Shown here: in pieces, positions 47,814-61,300 of the stretch
Numbering within the stretch: the stretch's first letter is position 1
Layout: every line of letters starts with the position of its first letter
Origin: Lepidodermella squamata
Lineage: Eukaryota; Animalia; Gastrotricha
NCBI GenBank assembly: GCA_047495785.1
Contig: JBLDXI010000020.1
Location: 2,976,001 to 3,040,000, forward strand
Direction: 5' to 3'
DNA: 64,000 nt
Translations under genes and position numbers: made by a program
Notes under the pieces: generated by a model
Told to the model about the DNA's origin: nothing
The model's input: only the letters and a program-made list of their open reading frames with translations
The model's database searches: none

Positions 47814-50362
47814 ATGGATTCTAAAAGCAAAGCTTCGCCTGTCGATGAAGTTAGCGGCGAGGCGATGCTCCGTTCTTTGGAAAGCGGGCAGAGTTCACTA
47901 TCGATGATTATCAGGTGAGAAATTATTGACGACCGAAGTGAATTTCTAATTTCAAACATGACTGTTTTAATAAATTCAAGGCAAATCTACGACAACGGGG
48001 ATCCCCATGCTTTGATGAAACAAGTTGAAGGTCGAATCGCCGTTCACAGTGCGGAACTCAAACGAGTCGCCGATCAACATTACTCCGCTTTCATGGAGGG
48101 GATCCACGATATTTCAGACATTCGAGAACGAATCATTCATCTAAAAGTAGACATATTTATAATTTATCTTCTGATTCATATATTTGTATTCATCTTAGAC
48201 TGACGTTTTGAACATCAATGCTGAGCTGAAAGAAGACGTTCAACGGGCCGTTGTGGATGTTGAGGAGGTTTCTCGATTAAGGCGTCAGCAGTTGAACGCA
48301 TTACAGGCTTTAGAAGCCATTGAGCAATGCATTCCTGCGCTTCGCCTTTACTGCAAATTGAAAACGCAATTAAGCGAAAAGAAATACTACATAGCCCTGA
48401 AGACTCTCGAGCAATTGCAGCACAACTATCTGCCATCAATTGCCGATTATCGTTTCGCTCAAACTTTACAGATGGCGATTCCTGCTATTCGGGATGATAT
48501 TAGAGAACGTTCTTTGAATGAATTGCCTGATTTCCTAATGTCAGTTCGCCAAAAAGCTGATTACGTCGGGCAAGAAACGATGAGAAGAGTTGCGAAACAG
48601 AATAAGATGGACGAGTCGCTCGTTTGCGCTGACCCGGCCCCGAGTCAAGAATTCAACAGCCCAGCCGATGTTATCGACTATTCCACCGTATATCGTTGCT
48701 TTCACATATGCGCAGTCTTGGGCTATCGAGATTTTGGCGTTAAGTACCACATTCAACGAACAACGCAGTGTAAACAAACTTGCAATCGACCGGAAATTCT
48801 GGAAAATCTCTCACATTTCCGCGCATTTTACTGCGGCGTTGTTGGATTTTTCGCCTGTGAATCGTATTTAGCGTCAAAATTCCCGGAACTAGTCACGGAG
48901 GAAAACGTTAGGAGACTTTGGGTGAACGAAGCGAGACAGCGCGTTGAAAATACGATTCGGAAATCGTTGGAACATTCAACGCAATCAAGCACAATGTTGC
49001 AAATCAAAGTTGCCACGATTATTTTCGCAAAAAGCCTTCAATCATTTTCTCTACCCTGCAACTCGTTATTCAACTGCTTGTTTGAGCTGCGAGATATCTA
49101 TAATCAGTTGTTGATGAGTGATTTCAGTTTGAGAATCAATCGAATGGTGGAAGGTGACCCGTATTCGCCGCTGAGGGTCGATAATACGGATGAATACAAC
49201 CAGGTTTTGAAGCAATTTCCCTACCATTCAGATTATGAAGACGGAATAACTTTCCCACACAAATTTCCCTTTTCGCTCATGGTTGTCGAACTGTACGTTC
49301 AAATGTGTGAATACATGCGAGTTTGTAAGAGCTATATCGACGATTTGGGCAAGTCTGCTATCAATGTCGAAGACACTGTTTGCAATTGCGTCAATGCCCT
49401 GACTAGTCACATCATCAAGCGAACTTTTGAACGCATGTTAGACGAAAGGAGGACGTTAACTTTGCCTCAGTTGGTCCAAATCATGATTAACTTGGGTTGT
49501 TTGGAAGAGTCCTGCTATCATTTGGAACAATTTGCTGCTAATTTGGTGTCAAACGGCGGTTCCAGCCCGAAAGTTGAGTCAGCCAAAAAATCGGATAAAC
49601 GTCGTCAATCTGTTCAAAAAATCGCTCAAATAACAGAACAGCAACGTTTCAGGGCTAGATTGGTTGCTCAAACCACGTTTCGCGATATCGGGCTGCACGC
49701 TGAAAAGAAATTGCGCATAATTTTGAACTCGAAAATTGACGAATTTTTCGAGTTGTCAGAATACGATTGGCAACTAAAAATGGCTAGTGGAAAGCCGAGT
49801 CCTTACGTTCTCGAAATGTTGAATTTTTTGCGAGTCAACGTTCAAAGTATTCCGATTCAAATTTCGCAGACGGTAGTTATGGAAGCCTGTCGGCATATTG
49901 CAAATACTATGTGGTTGACCCTGTTCAATCCTGAAATCAAGCAAATCAGCGAGGGTGCGATCGAACAGTTCAATTTGGACGTTATTCAGGCTGAAAGTGA
50001 GTCAGAATTACTTTTTCAGAGCTCAACTAATTTTTTGCAAATTTTCAGTGTTCGCTTTATCCAACCCGGTGATCGGCCTGAAAGACGGTGCCTTGGTCCA
50101 GCCGTTTATGAAACTCCGGCAACTGCTCGAATTAGTCCTTGGGCAAGACTGGAAGGCCTATTTACAGTCCTTACTCGCGAATAACAGCGCGAACAACGAA
50201 AACTACAACGAGCTGCACCCCGATGAAGTCGCAGCTATGGTTGATAAATTGCGCGATAAAAAATTCCTGAGCTTGGGCAAAAAGTCGGACCGAGATCGGC
50301 AACTCGAACAAGTTGCGGCTCAATTGGCGCAATTTTCGGCGTCAAATTTACGATTAAATTAA
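47814..50362 (+). CDS. EXOC6: Exocyst complex component 6 (Sec15)
   Basis: QHYSAFMEGIHDI, KKYYIALKTLEQLQHNYLP, IDYSTVYRCFHI..VLG, FPFS.MV.ELY, LPQLVQIMINL..LE, KIDEFFELSEYDW, ISEGAIEQFNLDVIQ.E, FMKLRQLLEL; four exons. Confidence 0.92.
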
Positions 50363-50522
50363 TTTTGTTTGGTTAGAAAATAATCGATAAAGCTTTCAAT
50401 TTTTTTGCAAAGTGCTATTAATATTTCCATTAAAATATTTTGATTTCGCTGTTCTCCAGAAAAAGATTGGAACATAATTTTAGCTAAATTTCGCATTTTT
50501 TCCTAATTTTAGGTTGTGAATT

Positions 50523-52031
50523 ATGGATTTGAAAAATGAAATTTCTGAAATATTATCGAATTGCGTACATCAATTATCAAGCACTGGCTTGCCAGCTTCA
50601 GCCTCGGATGTAGATTTCTCAAATAAATTGAAAGCCAGTTCTCAACAAATCCATTCATCTATCGACAATGTGATGCTTCAAGTCACTAAGCTTTGTATGG
50701 ATGCAATAAAACGGCGATCGGCACTACTTCATGACCAAGCAAATGCAATTTACGAGCTAGAATTGGCGAAATCGAAGGATCTAAAGCCCTGGATTGAAAA
50801 GCGGGATGATCTGTTATCAAAATGCCGTCAAATTTCGTCGAAAATCAACGATTCAAGTCAAAATCTTGCGTATTTGAAATCTCAGAGTGAAATTTACGCG
50901 AGAGAAGCTGTTCAACTTGAAAAATCAGCGCCTTGCCATTCAATTTCGTTTATTGACGACGAAACACCTCAAATCTCACAAAAACTGGTCGATTTGATCA
51001 TGAACATCGGTTCGGTTAAACCAGCTAATTTCTCCGATAATCTCCCAATCAGCGACAGTGTATCTTCTTCGATTTCTGAAATCGATTTTTCGAAAAAGTT
51101 GAAGCCTTTGAAAACGTTTGGCGTAAAAAATTCGCAAGGCCCAGAAATCGAAAAATTTCACAGCCCACGAGGAATAGCCCTTTTACCTGGCGGCTTGATT
51201 GCAATCGCAGATTCTTACAATAATCGAGTAAAATTGTTGGATTTGATCAATTTAACCGAATTCCAGCCTTTGGTGTTCAATATCGATCGATCTAAAACGA
51301 TTAGCTCGAAACAGTTGACGTTCACTGGACTCGCGATTGACTCATCGAAAAACCACCTGTTGATCGCAGATGCCGAGCGTGGGTCGATTTTCGTGGTAGA
51401 TTCGTCAAAAATTGGTCGGAAGAATGCGCAGAACCAGCTAAGCGATTGGCCTATTATCGCAAATATTGGCTCGCAAGGATTTCAAGCGAAAAATTTCAAC
51501 ATTCCGTACGGAATCGCGGTTGACGAAAGTCGAGATTTGCTATTCGTTTGCGATAGTAAGAATCACCAAATCAAAATTTGGAGTCGCAAAACGAACGAGT
51601 TTTTGATTAATTACGGTGATTTTGGTAAGAAATTGGGCGAATTTATCGAGCCGACTCACTGCGCTGTTTTCGAGACAACTTTGGCTGTCAGTGATTCTGG
51701 AAATAACAGAATCCAGTTATTTAAAATCGAGCAGGATTCGGATGAAAAGTTGAAAATTCTTCCGATACTGGCTGTTGGTAAAGAAGGTTCATCTCTCGGT
51801 CAGCTTTCAAACCCAAGAGGCGTGGCATTCGAGCCGAAAAGCGGTCTAATTCTGGTAGCTGATGCTGGTAATAAGCGGCTGCAAATTTTCGCTAAAGATG
51901 GAACGCCAATCACTGCCTTTGCCGCTGCAATTGGTCTCATTCCTGAGGGAGTCGCGTTTTTGGGCGAAAATGAGCTATGCGCATCAGTCGTTGTCACTGA
52001 TCGAAAGCAACAGGTGGTTCATCTCTTCTAA
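50523..52031 (+). CDS. Coiled-coil + NHL-repeat beta-propeller protein (TRIM-NHL-like, no RING/B-box seen)
   Basis: FHSPRGIA..IAIADSYNNRV, FNIPYGIAVD..LFVCDSKNHQI, LSNPRGVA..ILVADAGNKRLQIF; intronless 502-aa ORF. Confidence 0.85.
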   Translation: MDLKNEISEILSNCVHQLSSTGLPASASDVDFSNKLKASSQQIHSSIDNVMLQVTKLCMDAIKRRSALLHDQANAIYELELAKSKDLKPWIEKRDDLLSKCRQISSKINDSSQNLAYLKSQSEIYAREAVQLEKSAPCHSISFIDDETPQISQKLVDLIMNIGSVKPANFSDNLPISDSVSSSISEIDFSKKLKPLKTFGVKNSQGPEIEKFHSPRGIALLPGGLIAIADSYNNRVKLLDLINLTEFQPLVFNIDRSKTISSKQLTFTGLAIDSSKNHLLIADAERGSIFVVDSSKIGRKNAQNQLSDWPIIANIGSQGFQAKNFNIPYGIAVDESRDLLFVCDSKNHQIKIWSRKTNEFLINYGDFGKKLGEFIEPTHCAVFETTLAVSDSGNNRIQLFKIEQDSDEKLKILPILAVGKEGSSLGQLSNPRGVAFEPKSGLILVADAGNKRLQIFAKDGTPITAFAAAIGLIPEGVAFLGENELCASVVVTDRKQQVVHLF

Positions 52032-52604
52032 AAAAACACTTGCCATTTTTTCACATTTTTTATTGTGGTTGTTAATTGTTTTGAGGCGAAATGTGGTTGA
52101 AAAACGTATGTTGTGCAAATGTTATTCCATTATAGACAACGCGCTTCCTTTTACTATTTGAAAAATATTTTATGCAACATAGTAGTTGATATTTTTTGTA
52201 CTTCAGGTATTACACGCTTTTCATGTAAAACAAAATCTCATAATAAATGAATATTTTAATTAGATATCCACATAACCTTCTCATGTTGCCCAAATTGAAA
52301 ACCAATAAGTAATTTTCAAATTTTTTTGTTTTGCATTTTCCCGTTAATTTCCTTTAGGTCCAATTGGCATTTCGGTCATCTAAGGGTTCTTTTGTTTTTA
52401 ATAACGAAATAAATTTCAAAATCGAAAAATTTGCACCGAGTTTTAGCTGGAATTCCAACATTGGGAGGATTTTTGGAGTCATTGACCAAATCTTGAAATC
52501 TTGATATTTTATGCTGAAATTTGTTCAAAAAATTGAAAATTGAATGCAAGAATTACAGACTATACCTGAAGCTCGAGGGCAATTGAGTTGTTTGAAACAC
52601 TATA

Positions 52605-52892
52605 CAGGGTGACTTTTTTATAGTGGAAATAATCTTTGTTAGCATTAATCGGGACTAGTACTGTCTAGTATTGCGAGTACTTGAACTGCACTAAAGTCGA
52701 TTTCTCCAAACTCTTCAAACTCTATCTGATAATTATCGCGTAATACCAGGCCATTCATAAAATTTTATTGCTAGCACGAGTTCGTTAAGTTTGGAGAAAT
52801 CAACATGCAAGTACTCGCCATACAAAGATGATTCAGTACTAGACGCAATTATTGCTAACATGGATTATTGCCACTATAAAAAAGTCACCCTG
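52605..52892. mobile_element. Near-fully palindromic Tc1/mariner-type MITE (288 bp)
   Basis: TA-CAGGGTGACTTTTTTATAGTGG ... CCACTATAAAAAAGTCACCCTG-TA; nested internal inverted segments (GCGAGTACTTG/CAAGTACTCGC, GATTTCTCCAAACT/AGTTTGGAGAAATC). Confidence 0.88.
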
Positions 52893-53048
52893 TAATTCTC
52901 CTTGTACGCAACAGCGTCATCTTTCTGTATAGTTATGCAACCCTCATTCAAGGGAATTTCTTCATTTGGGAAACCAATTGTTCTCATCATAATTTTAATT
53001 ATTTTTCCGTAGATTTTATATAAATTATCCCGATGATTCTGCGAAAAA

Positions 53049-55772
53049 ATGGCTGAAATGTCGTTGTCGTTGAAAGAAAAGGCCGATCAAATCGTGCCGT
53101 TGGACCTGTGGCTCATCAAATTAATCGCAGCCGCCATTCTATTCGTGCTATCGCTGTCATTCGGCCTGTCCCCACTCTTCTGCCTCCGCCGGTACATCAT
53201 CAACCCATCAGCGGGCCGGGCGAAAGCCGCGCTTGGATTCGCGTCATGCATAGCCGCGGGTGTGTTTCTCGCCGTTTGCTTGCTGGATTTGCTACCCGAT
53301 GTTCAACAGACGCTGTCAGATGGGTTGACCACGCTGGGCATTGAAATGAAATTTCCGCTGGCTGAACTCATCATGGCGTGCGGGTTGTTCTTCATTTTGA
53401 CCATTGAGCTGTCGGTGTCGTTGTTTAGCCCGGATTTTACCGAAATGATGCATAGCCATGGCGGCGGTGGCGAACACGGGCATTCGCATGGTCACAGCCA
53501 TAATCACGATAGCCATGCTGTAAATGGGAATGGGAATGGCCACAGCCACGGTGGCCATTCCCATGGTCATAGCCACGAACATCAAAATCGAAGAATCGAC
53601 TTCATTGAGGTGAGACTTAATTTTCAATTTTTTTAATTGAAATTGTAATCTTTGAAAATAATTATCCAATCGCCGTAAATATTTCTGGAGAATATTAAAG
53701 AAAATAACGATCTGAGTCTATTGCGCTGTTTTTGGGCCTTTTTGTCGAGTCATATTTAGAATGGGCAGAATCGATTTTCGAAAATAATCTTAACGGCAAA
53801 TCCTAAACCTAGGGTTCCAGCAATAGCTTTGCCAAATACTTGCATGGTTTTTCGAGTTTCCAGTTCTACTCAATCGCGGCAGTTAGAAAGTTTGTCTTTG
53901 TTGCGGCATGATTCCAAGTTATAGCGTTTCGGATATGTTCGGACAAACGGACGTGTGCCCCAAATAGGCTTCGAAAAAGACAATGACGCATTTCGATTTT
54001 GGGTTCAAAGGCGGCTTATATGGAGAAAATTACTGATTTGTACAATCGATACTTGGAATCGATATCAAAAGGCTGAAGTATAACTCTTAAACGGACCGCT
54101 CATTTGCATAATATGGAGGTCTATTTTGTGGGCATAGAAAAATGAGATCCCAGTGAGAAGATGTGAAGCTGGGAAAATCTAGTGCTATAGCCCCAAATGT
54201 AGGGGTGGAACCCTACATTTAGGGTGCGTACTAGGCCCGCCCATAAATATTAGTTTAAGAGCTGATTGAATCGTTTTTTGATTGTTTGAAATTTTATCAT
54301 TATTTTCTTCAGAATGAAGAAAGAGGCGCTGGTTCGACTGGAGCAGAGGAGTCATCGGCAGACGAACAAGAGCCGCTGATTACGCATTCGGGCCACAAGC
54401 ATCACAGCAGGCGCCGGCATCACAGCTCAGAATGCGAGCGAACATCACTGCTAGCCGCTGCTTCGAGCCCAACGGCCATCAACAGCGGGCTGCCTGATAC
54501 GACGAGCCTAGGATCGACTGTGCTGATTCACCGATCTCCGTCGGTTCAATCGCTGCCGGCTATTCATATCGAGCACGAGAAAACGCTGCGCGAAGTGACG
54601 GCCGATGCGGGTCTCAGTGTGTTCGACCGGCCATTTCGAGCCATCATCTTACTCATCGCGCTTTCGGTTCACTCGCTTTTCGAAGGTTGGTTTTCGATAA
54701 TTTGCAAGGTTTTGAGACTAATTTGAATATTAACTTATTTCTTGAAGATGTTGCCATTTTCCACATTTTTTAATTTCTATTTGACTTTTTTAATTAAAAT
54801 AGCAATTGAAAGGCGATGTAGTAGTCTGTAAGGAGCCCCAACTTACTTCGGTGAAAAGGGCACCAGCAGGGCAACGAAGCTTGTTGATAAGGTGTTGGGT
54901 TCCTCTAGCATCTCTATTTAGTCAATTCCATGAGACATTCATAAATAAGAGTATTTATTGCTCTGACTTATTGTCCAACTAAGAACCTAAGCTTGTTGGG
55001 GTTTCTCTAGCTGCTAAGGATGGACATTTAGCCACCTATTTTCAATGTAAAAAATCAGTAACAAGGCTTGATCGACGACGGCGTCGAATTAGTTGAATTT
55101 CGACCCGATGAGGATTTAGTTAGAAGGAAACAATATTCTCAGCTCGCTGGCTGAATCAAAAGTCTTCATCTAAAGCCCCGTTGGGGTACCAGAGCCGAAT
55201 TCAAAAGCAAAAATTCAACAAATGTCTTTATTATTCTAGGTCTTTCAATTGGCGCGGCTCAAAATGCGGACATGGTAGTTCAACTCGCGTTGGCGCTCGC
55301 CATTCACAAACCACTCGAATCACTCGGCGTGTGTCTCAGTTTGATCCGCAGCGCTAAAACACAGTCATTTGTCGTTAAAATGGTCGTTTTATTCTCCCTC
55401 ACCTGCCCGCTGGGCGTTGGCGTCGGCGCCGGGGTGTTGGGCCTACTCGAAAACGGCGTTTCAGATCTAGTCACTGGTATCCTGCAAGGCCTAGCTGGCG
55501 GCTCTTTTCTTTACGTGGTTTTCATCGAAGTTCTACCGCACGAATTTGTCGACGTGTTGGAGACGCCTCAAGCCCCGCTTCAGCCGATCAATCAGGCTGA
55601 ATTGGCGAATGAAGGCCGATCGCTGACGCCGTCGACGGCCGGGCGAGAAATCAAACGAATTCGCACGTTGAAAATGTTCAAGTTACTCGGGTTACTGCTT
55701 GGATTTTCGCTCATTACGGCTACGAAACTGTTTTTACCTGAATCAGACGAAGGTCTTCCGCCACCGTGCTAG
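53049..55772 (+). CDS. ZIP (SLC39A1/2/3-like) zinc transporter
   Basis: Exons 53049-53609, 54313-54685, 55240-55772. AAGVFLAVCLLDLLP, FPLAE, His-rich loop, ALSVHSLFEG, AIHK, GLAGGSFLYVVFIEVL. Confidence 0.92.
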
Positions 55773-56027
55773 GAGGCTTTACGAAAAATATTTTCAATTA
55801 TTAGTAATATTCGGCAAGATTTTACACATTTTTCAAGGTCAACAATTAGTTACTAAAATTTCGGCGTATTTTCGATTTTTAACGGTATTTCATATTGATT
55901 GATTTTAGAAATCAACTTGCAATTTTCCTGATTCTTTCACGCAATGACGAAAAAAGTGAATAAATTCCGGTATTTATAATTAATTTTTTACTTTATTTTA
56001 GGGAGCGTAAATTTTGAATTTGTTCTC

Positions 56028-57454
56028 ATGGCTTCCGGCTCGAAATCCGATTCGATGAGTGCTGATCAGTACTCGCAGATGATTTCTGGCCTGAAATCTG
56101 ACTATTTTAGCGCGTTCAACGTCATTTCAGCCGCAGCTTATACGGCTCCAATTCAAATCGCTTCCGTGGCTTGTAAAATCCAGCCGAATTCGGAAATTCC
56201 TCGACCAGCGGTTGTAACCAAAAGTAAGCTTGATGTTCTTATTTTTCAACCATCAAAGAGTTTGAAAATTCTTGATTTGAATTAAAAAATATTTGATTTG
56301 ATTTTTTGACGTTTTCTTTGTTTTTTCAGAAGTTTCCTACGCCATCGCCTCGCTTCCAAGACGGTTCGCAGCCGAACTCATTGATCTCGTTTACTTCTAC
56401 GTTCTCAATTCGCTTCTTCAACTTGCCCTATTGTTGCCTTGCCTTTTGTTGTAAGTTGCTATAATTTTATTAAAAAATCTGGAAATTATATTGAACGTTT
56501 TTTCTAGGCTCCACAAAGCTATTCTCGGCCGGTTCTGGAGCAATTCGTGGCACACGTTCATCGAATTTGTATTTTTGTACTTTTTCACGCCCAACGAATC
56601 AAAGGACATCTACTGGGAGCTGTACGGCCTGCCTGGTTATGCGCATTTCGTCGATTGGTTCGGCTATTTCATTTGCCTTGTCTTCGAGGTGAGAAAGCAA
56701 TACCTGCTAAATAACTTTATAATTCGAAAAAATCACGAAAGGATATTTTTTGGGAGGCAGCTACTAATTTATGTATTCAATAAATACTAATTTCCCTAGT
56801 TCAACATTATTTCATTACTTCACCGTTATGAAATTTAAAAATGATTCGTCAAAATTCATGAAAAAAAATTAAATTTTTCGAGAAAAACCCGATGGTATTG
56901 CATTCAGTTATTTTCGTTCATTTATTTTTCGAAAAAAAAAATTGTAAATTTTTTTGATAGCTTTGGAATTCGCTCTCTTTTAGAATAATTGGCTAATTTT
57001 TTAAATTTTTTGATTTTTTCAACATTTCTTCTAATTACTAATTCTTCTAATTATTTTACTGAATTAGGCAGTCCACATTTTTTAATAAATGTTTATCTCT
57101 CTAAAATTGAATTATTAGATGCGAGCTTTGCGTCGACCCGTTGGACCGAGTCGCATCGGCGCCGCAACAATGGGAAAATGGCTAATAGGGCTCAAGGTCA
57201 TTCACCACGACATGCAGTTGATGCGATCAGGCGTGTCGCCTAACGTCGTCGTCGTTCAAAATCCGGGTATCTTAACGTTCCGCCAGGCCTTTCTACGAAC
57301 TACAATGAAGCACCTGTCCTTCTGGCTGCGACTTCCACTATCACTCTCAGTCTTCTTCTCGTCATACCGTCTTGCCGCCTACGATATTTTCGCCGGGTCT
57401 ACTGTGGTTGTAGCCGCCTCTGAAAAACAGCTGTCTAATGATGGCGATGATTGA
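56028..57454 (+). CDS. FAM8A1-like RDD-domain membrane protein, diverged paralog
   Basis: YAIASLPRRFAAELID, RIGAATMGKWLIGLKVIH, AFLRT.MK, RLAAYDIFAGSTVV; four exons. Confidence 0.7.
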
Positions 57455-57961
57455 TCTTTAACGATTTTAATTGTTCTGGTTTTTCATTATTATAAGCCTT
57501 ACAAGGCCTTTTATTCGTTTTATTCTAGTCGGTCGTTTTTTTGCAATTTTGAGCGATTTTTTCTCACCGATTTTTTGGTATTATTATTATTAATGATATT
57601 TATCTCGCAATAAAATGGCTTTAATCACTCATATTTTTTAGATTTTGGCTAAAAATTAACGCGAAATTTGAAAAATGAATTGTCGGGCTAATAAAACTTT
57701 ACCAAAAATATGGCTGAAACTAGAAGATGAGAGTGGTTTAAATTTGTCCACGATCCAAGTTCAAAATTTCGGAGTTGGAGGTTTTAATAAATTCTCATGA
57801 TATTAGTGCCGCCGAATTTTTCTATTTTGTTAATTTTTTTTATGACTTTAGGAGTTTTCCTTATTTTGGATCTTAAATTTTGCATTACTTTTTTCGAATT
57901 TTTTTTATCAATTTTTCTGAATTCCAAAAATGGATTCAAAATTGAAAACTGTTTTTATATA

Positions 57962-58031
57962 CAGTGAAAGTTATTTAAACCGGACGATTTTGCTTGGCAC
58001 GACTTTATTCCGGTTTAGACAACTTTCACTG
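57962..58031. mobile_element. Minimal 70-bp TIR element/hairpin
   Basis: TA-CAGTGAAAGTTATTTAAACCGGA ... TCCGGTTTAGACAACTTTCACTG-TA. Confidence 0.7.
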
Positions 58032-58308
58032 TATTGGAATATATTCTGGCCATTAATAAATCCTGTTTGAAATTTTTCTGTGAAAGTTTTCAAAAGTTAG
58101 AAGCTTCGAATGTGCCGAATTTTAGGGGTTCAAATCAGTTTTCATTTCGGAGGTAGAAAGCAAATGAAAAATAAAATAATGGAAATTTCAATATTTGGTC
58201 GATTGATTTTTCCTATTCTTCGAACATTTTATTCTTCAACTATTTATCCTTGATTTTTCTAATTTTACTATCATTTCATAGATTTTTTAATAAATATTTA
58301 TTCGAAAA

Positions 58309-61300
58309 ATGGCTAGCAGTGGTCAGACAGTTCCAACTGCTGCAGACCCACCGCCTTACTCCCGAACAAACCCAGAAGACACGGGCGAATCGGCCGCGAC
58401 CTCGAAACCTGGCGCGTCTCCGTCCTCCCCAGCATCAGCCTCAACATCAGCCCCCGCAGCCTCGACACCCCCTGCCCAACCCTCGATCCCGCAGCTGTTC
58501 GTGCCGGTGAATGGCCCGGTGACGGCGCTTGAGTACTCGCGCATGGTCGCCGAGTGGCAGTCGGCGTACGGCGCGTGGCTGCAGGCGTCGTGCGCCCACT
58601 ACGGCGCGCTCATTTCAGGCGCCGTCGCCGCGCCAATGCAGGCCGCGTATCAGCTCAACTCGCTCAATGTGATGGCGCATTCGCGGGCGCAACAACAGCA
58701 CCACCAACCGGGCGGTGCTCGGCATTCAGCCGCACCCATTCGCATCGCAACCATTCCAAGTGAGTTACCAACTTATAATCTGTTTCGCGTTAAAAATCGT
58801 TCGAGGGAAAATCTTACGCCGGTACCAATTATCATTTAATTCAATACTTGGTTTTTAACTGGTTATGGTTAGGGTAAGGGTTAAGTTGAAGGCTGGATCT
58901 TAAAATTGAGAATTTGGAACCGATTGGAATAATCTCGTTCTGAATTCAATGATTTCATGTACTAAATTCAAAAATTCGGTAATGATTTCACTATATCCCA
59001 TGTCTACAGCAGCATGTCCCATTAGTAACGCTAGCAAAGAAAATACACAGAAAAGGGTTCAGAAATTCTTAAAAGAGAGACTAAGTAACATGTAATTGCC
59101 AGAAAATTGAAAAAAATCCCGATAATAGATACCGTAAGCTGGTCTTATTTCGGACAAAAACGTGTTTCATTTTTTTTGTCGGGCTTCATTTTTTGAGGTG
59201 AACGAATTTTTTTTACGCGCTTTATGTCCAAAGATGCGCCTTGAAAAGCTGCAGAGTCTATTATCAACTCAGATGAAACAACAATTTATCTGTACAGGTA
59301 TTGAAAGAAAACCTGTCCGGCTAATTTCGGACAGCTCAGGGTAAATTTTTAGATTAGGTTCAAAGTTCACATTAAAGCGAGATTTTGAGCAAATTTAAAG
59401 TAAAAAAAAAATTGAAAAAAACATGCATGATGAGGGATTTGAACCCTTGATCGTGAATTGTGCCCCCAACGCAGCTGGTGCGGTTCTCACTGAGATATGA
59501 AGTTTTTATACCACTGTTGCTCATATCCCGATTGTTTTCGGACGCTGTATATGGGCAGTTTCTGACCTGTGCTCACTGTCAAATACCTGTGGACCACTCG
59601 TATCTGATCCCAGCCATTTAGCTAGGATATGCCATATACCCAGAACTGGGACTTGGAAAATTAATTCCAAGTTTTTTTGTTTTTGCGACGTGAGCGGGCG
59701 TTGAACCCGATGCTCGCTGTCTTTTAGCACAAGGCTAAACAACTGGACAACGACGACACGCACAAATGTTTATCCTAAAAGGGGCTTATAAGCTTAAAAA
59801 CGTTTTCAAAGCGAAAAATATAAAAGCTCGCACCAGGCAGGCATCGAACCAATGATTCCCTGTCAACTAAGCAGCATTCTAACCACTAGACTACAAGGGC
59901 TGGATAAATCAAGATGCTCAATTTTGGTATTTTAGTGCATTAAGAAAAGCTATTGATAACAGTTTTGTGGTTGATGCTTTTAAACATTAGCTTAATACGT
60001 TCGATTCCTGGTGGCGCATAGTTTTTTTTATTTGTTCTCAATTTTTTCATCAAGTCAGGTTGAAATCATTATTGTAATAGAAAAAATTATAGGTAATAAT
60101 ACCAATTACCTGCGCGAAAACAATCAGGACATGAGCAACAACGTGGAATAAATACACAAACCGCCTGTTCACACGTGTTATGCGAGTTGACGAGCAAAAA
60201 ACTCGGAAGCCAGCTGCCACATAAACTTGACTCTCTCGTCTTCGCCTCGCGAGTCTCGTTTCAGTGTTGCTAAGCCCTCGAGTCTCGAGTCTCGAGCTTT
60301 GCAACACATGTGGCAGCTGCGCTGCCTCGTATATGCTCGTAAACTCGCATATCCACTATGACCACGCGGTTTGTCTATCAAAAACATGTCATGGTCGATT
60401 GGCATCTGTTAAAATTCTTTGTAGTTTGAAGCTGTCCGAAATTAGCCGGGACAAAATTGATTTTCTAAAGCATTTCCTGATCAAAATTTTCATTTAAAAT
60501 TGGTTTGAACTTACCAGCACTGATAAATCGATGGCGCTCTATCTTTTCCGCTTCTTTCCACCAAAAAATAACTACCTGATGAAAAGTTTCATGTTGTGTC
60601 AAGTGTCATTTGAAAGACAAGACTATGGGCTATCTTCTGCATCTTGAACGGACTCTTTATTCGCCCGGGTTGAGGAGAAATTTAATTTCAAAGTCAAAAG
60701 TGTCCGAAATTACCCCGTCCGAAATGAGACCAGCTTACGGTATCAAGCTACTTTTTAATGCTCAAAAAATCGGAGAAATCTGGTCTAACCGGGAGAAATA
60801 CCGAAAATTACCAAACCATCGAGATTTTCCTGGTTTTCTCCGGTAATTTTTTATTTCTTCGGATAAACTGCGGGTAAAAGATGAAATATTCTCTCGGTAG
60901 GTTTAATTTAAAAAAATTGGTTGAATTAGTAAGTAGCATTTTCGAATCTGTTGGAAAAATATGAGCGAATCGCGAATAAAATGTTGACTACCAGATAAGG
61001 ATCGGTCTCATTTTAAGCAGAATTTTCTGAATTTTCGAGAATTTCACAAATTTTTAGAAAAATCAGTTAATTTATTGCTATTTATTTCAAAATGTGTCTC
61101 TATGTTTAGAAGTATCGTATTCCATTCCATCGCTATGGCGACGCGTCGCCGCCGAGTGCATCGACATGATTCTGTTGTTTGTCCTCAGATCTATTATCAC
61201 CATCGCCCTATTTCGCCACGGATTCTTCAAGTAAGTTACCGAAAATTGCCGAATTCCGGCCGCATTTTGAGCTACCCCAATTTTGACACTTTCAAAATTA

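Noticed and set aside
59424-60019. Functional tRNA genes
   Set aside because: A/B boxes are present, but the acceptor and anticodon stems do not pair well; no anticodon could be assigned
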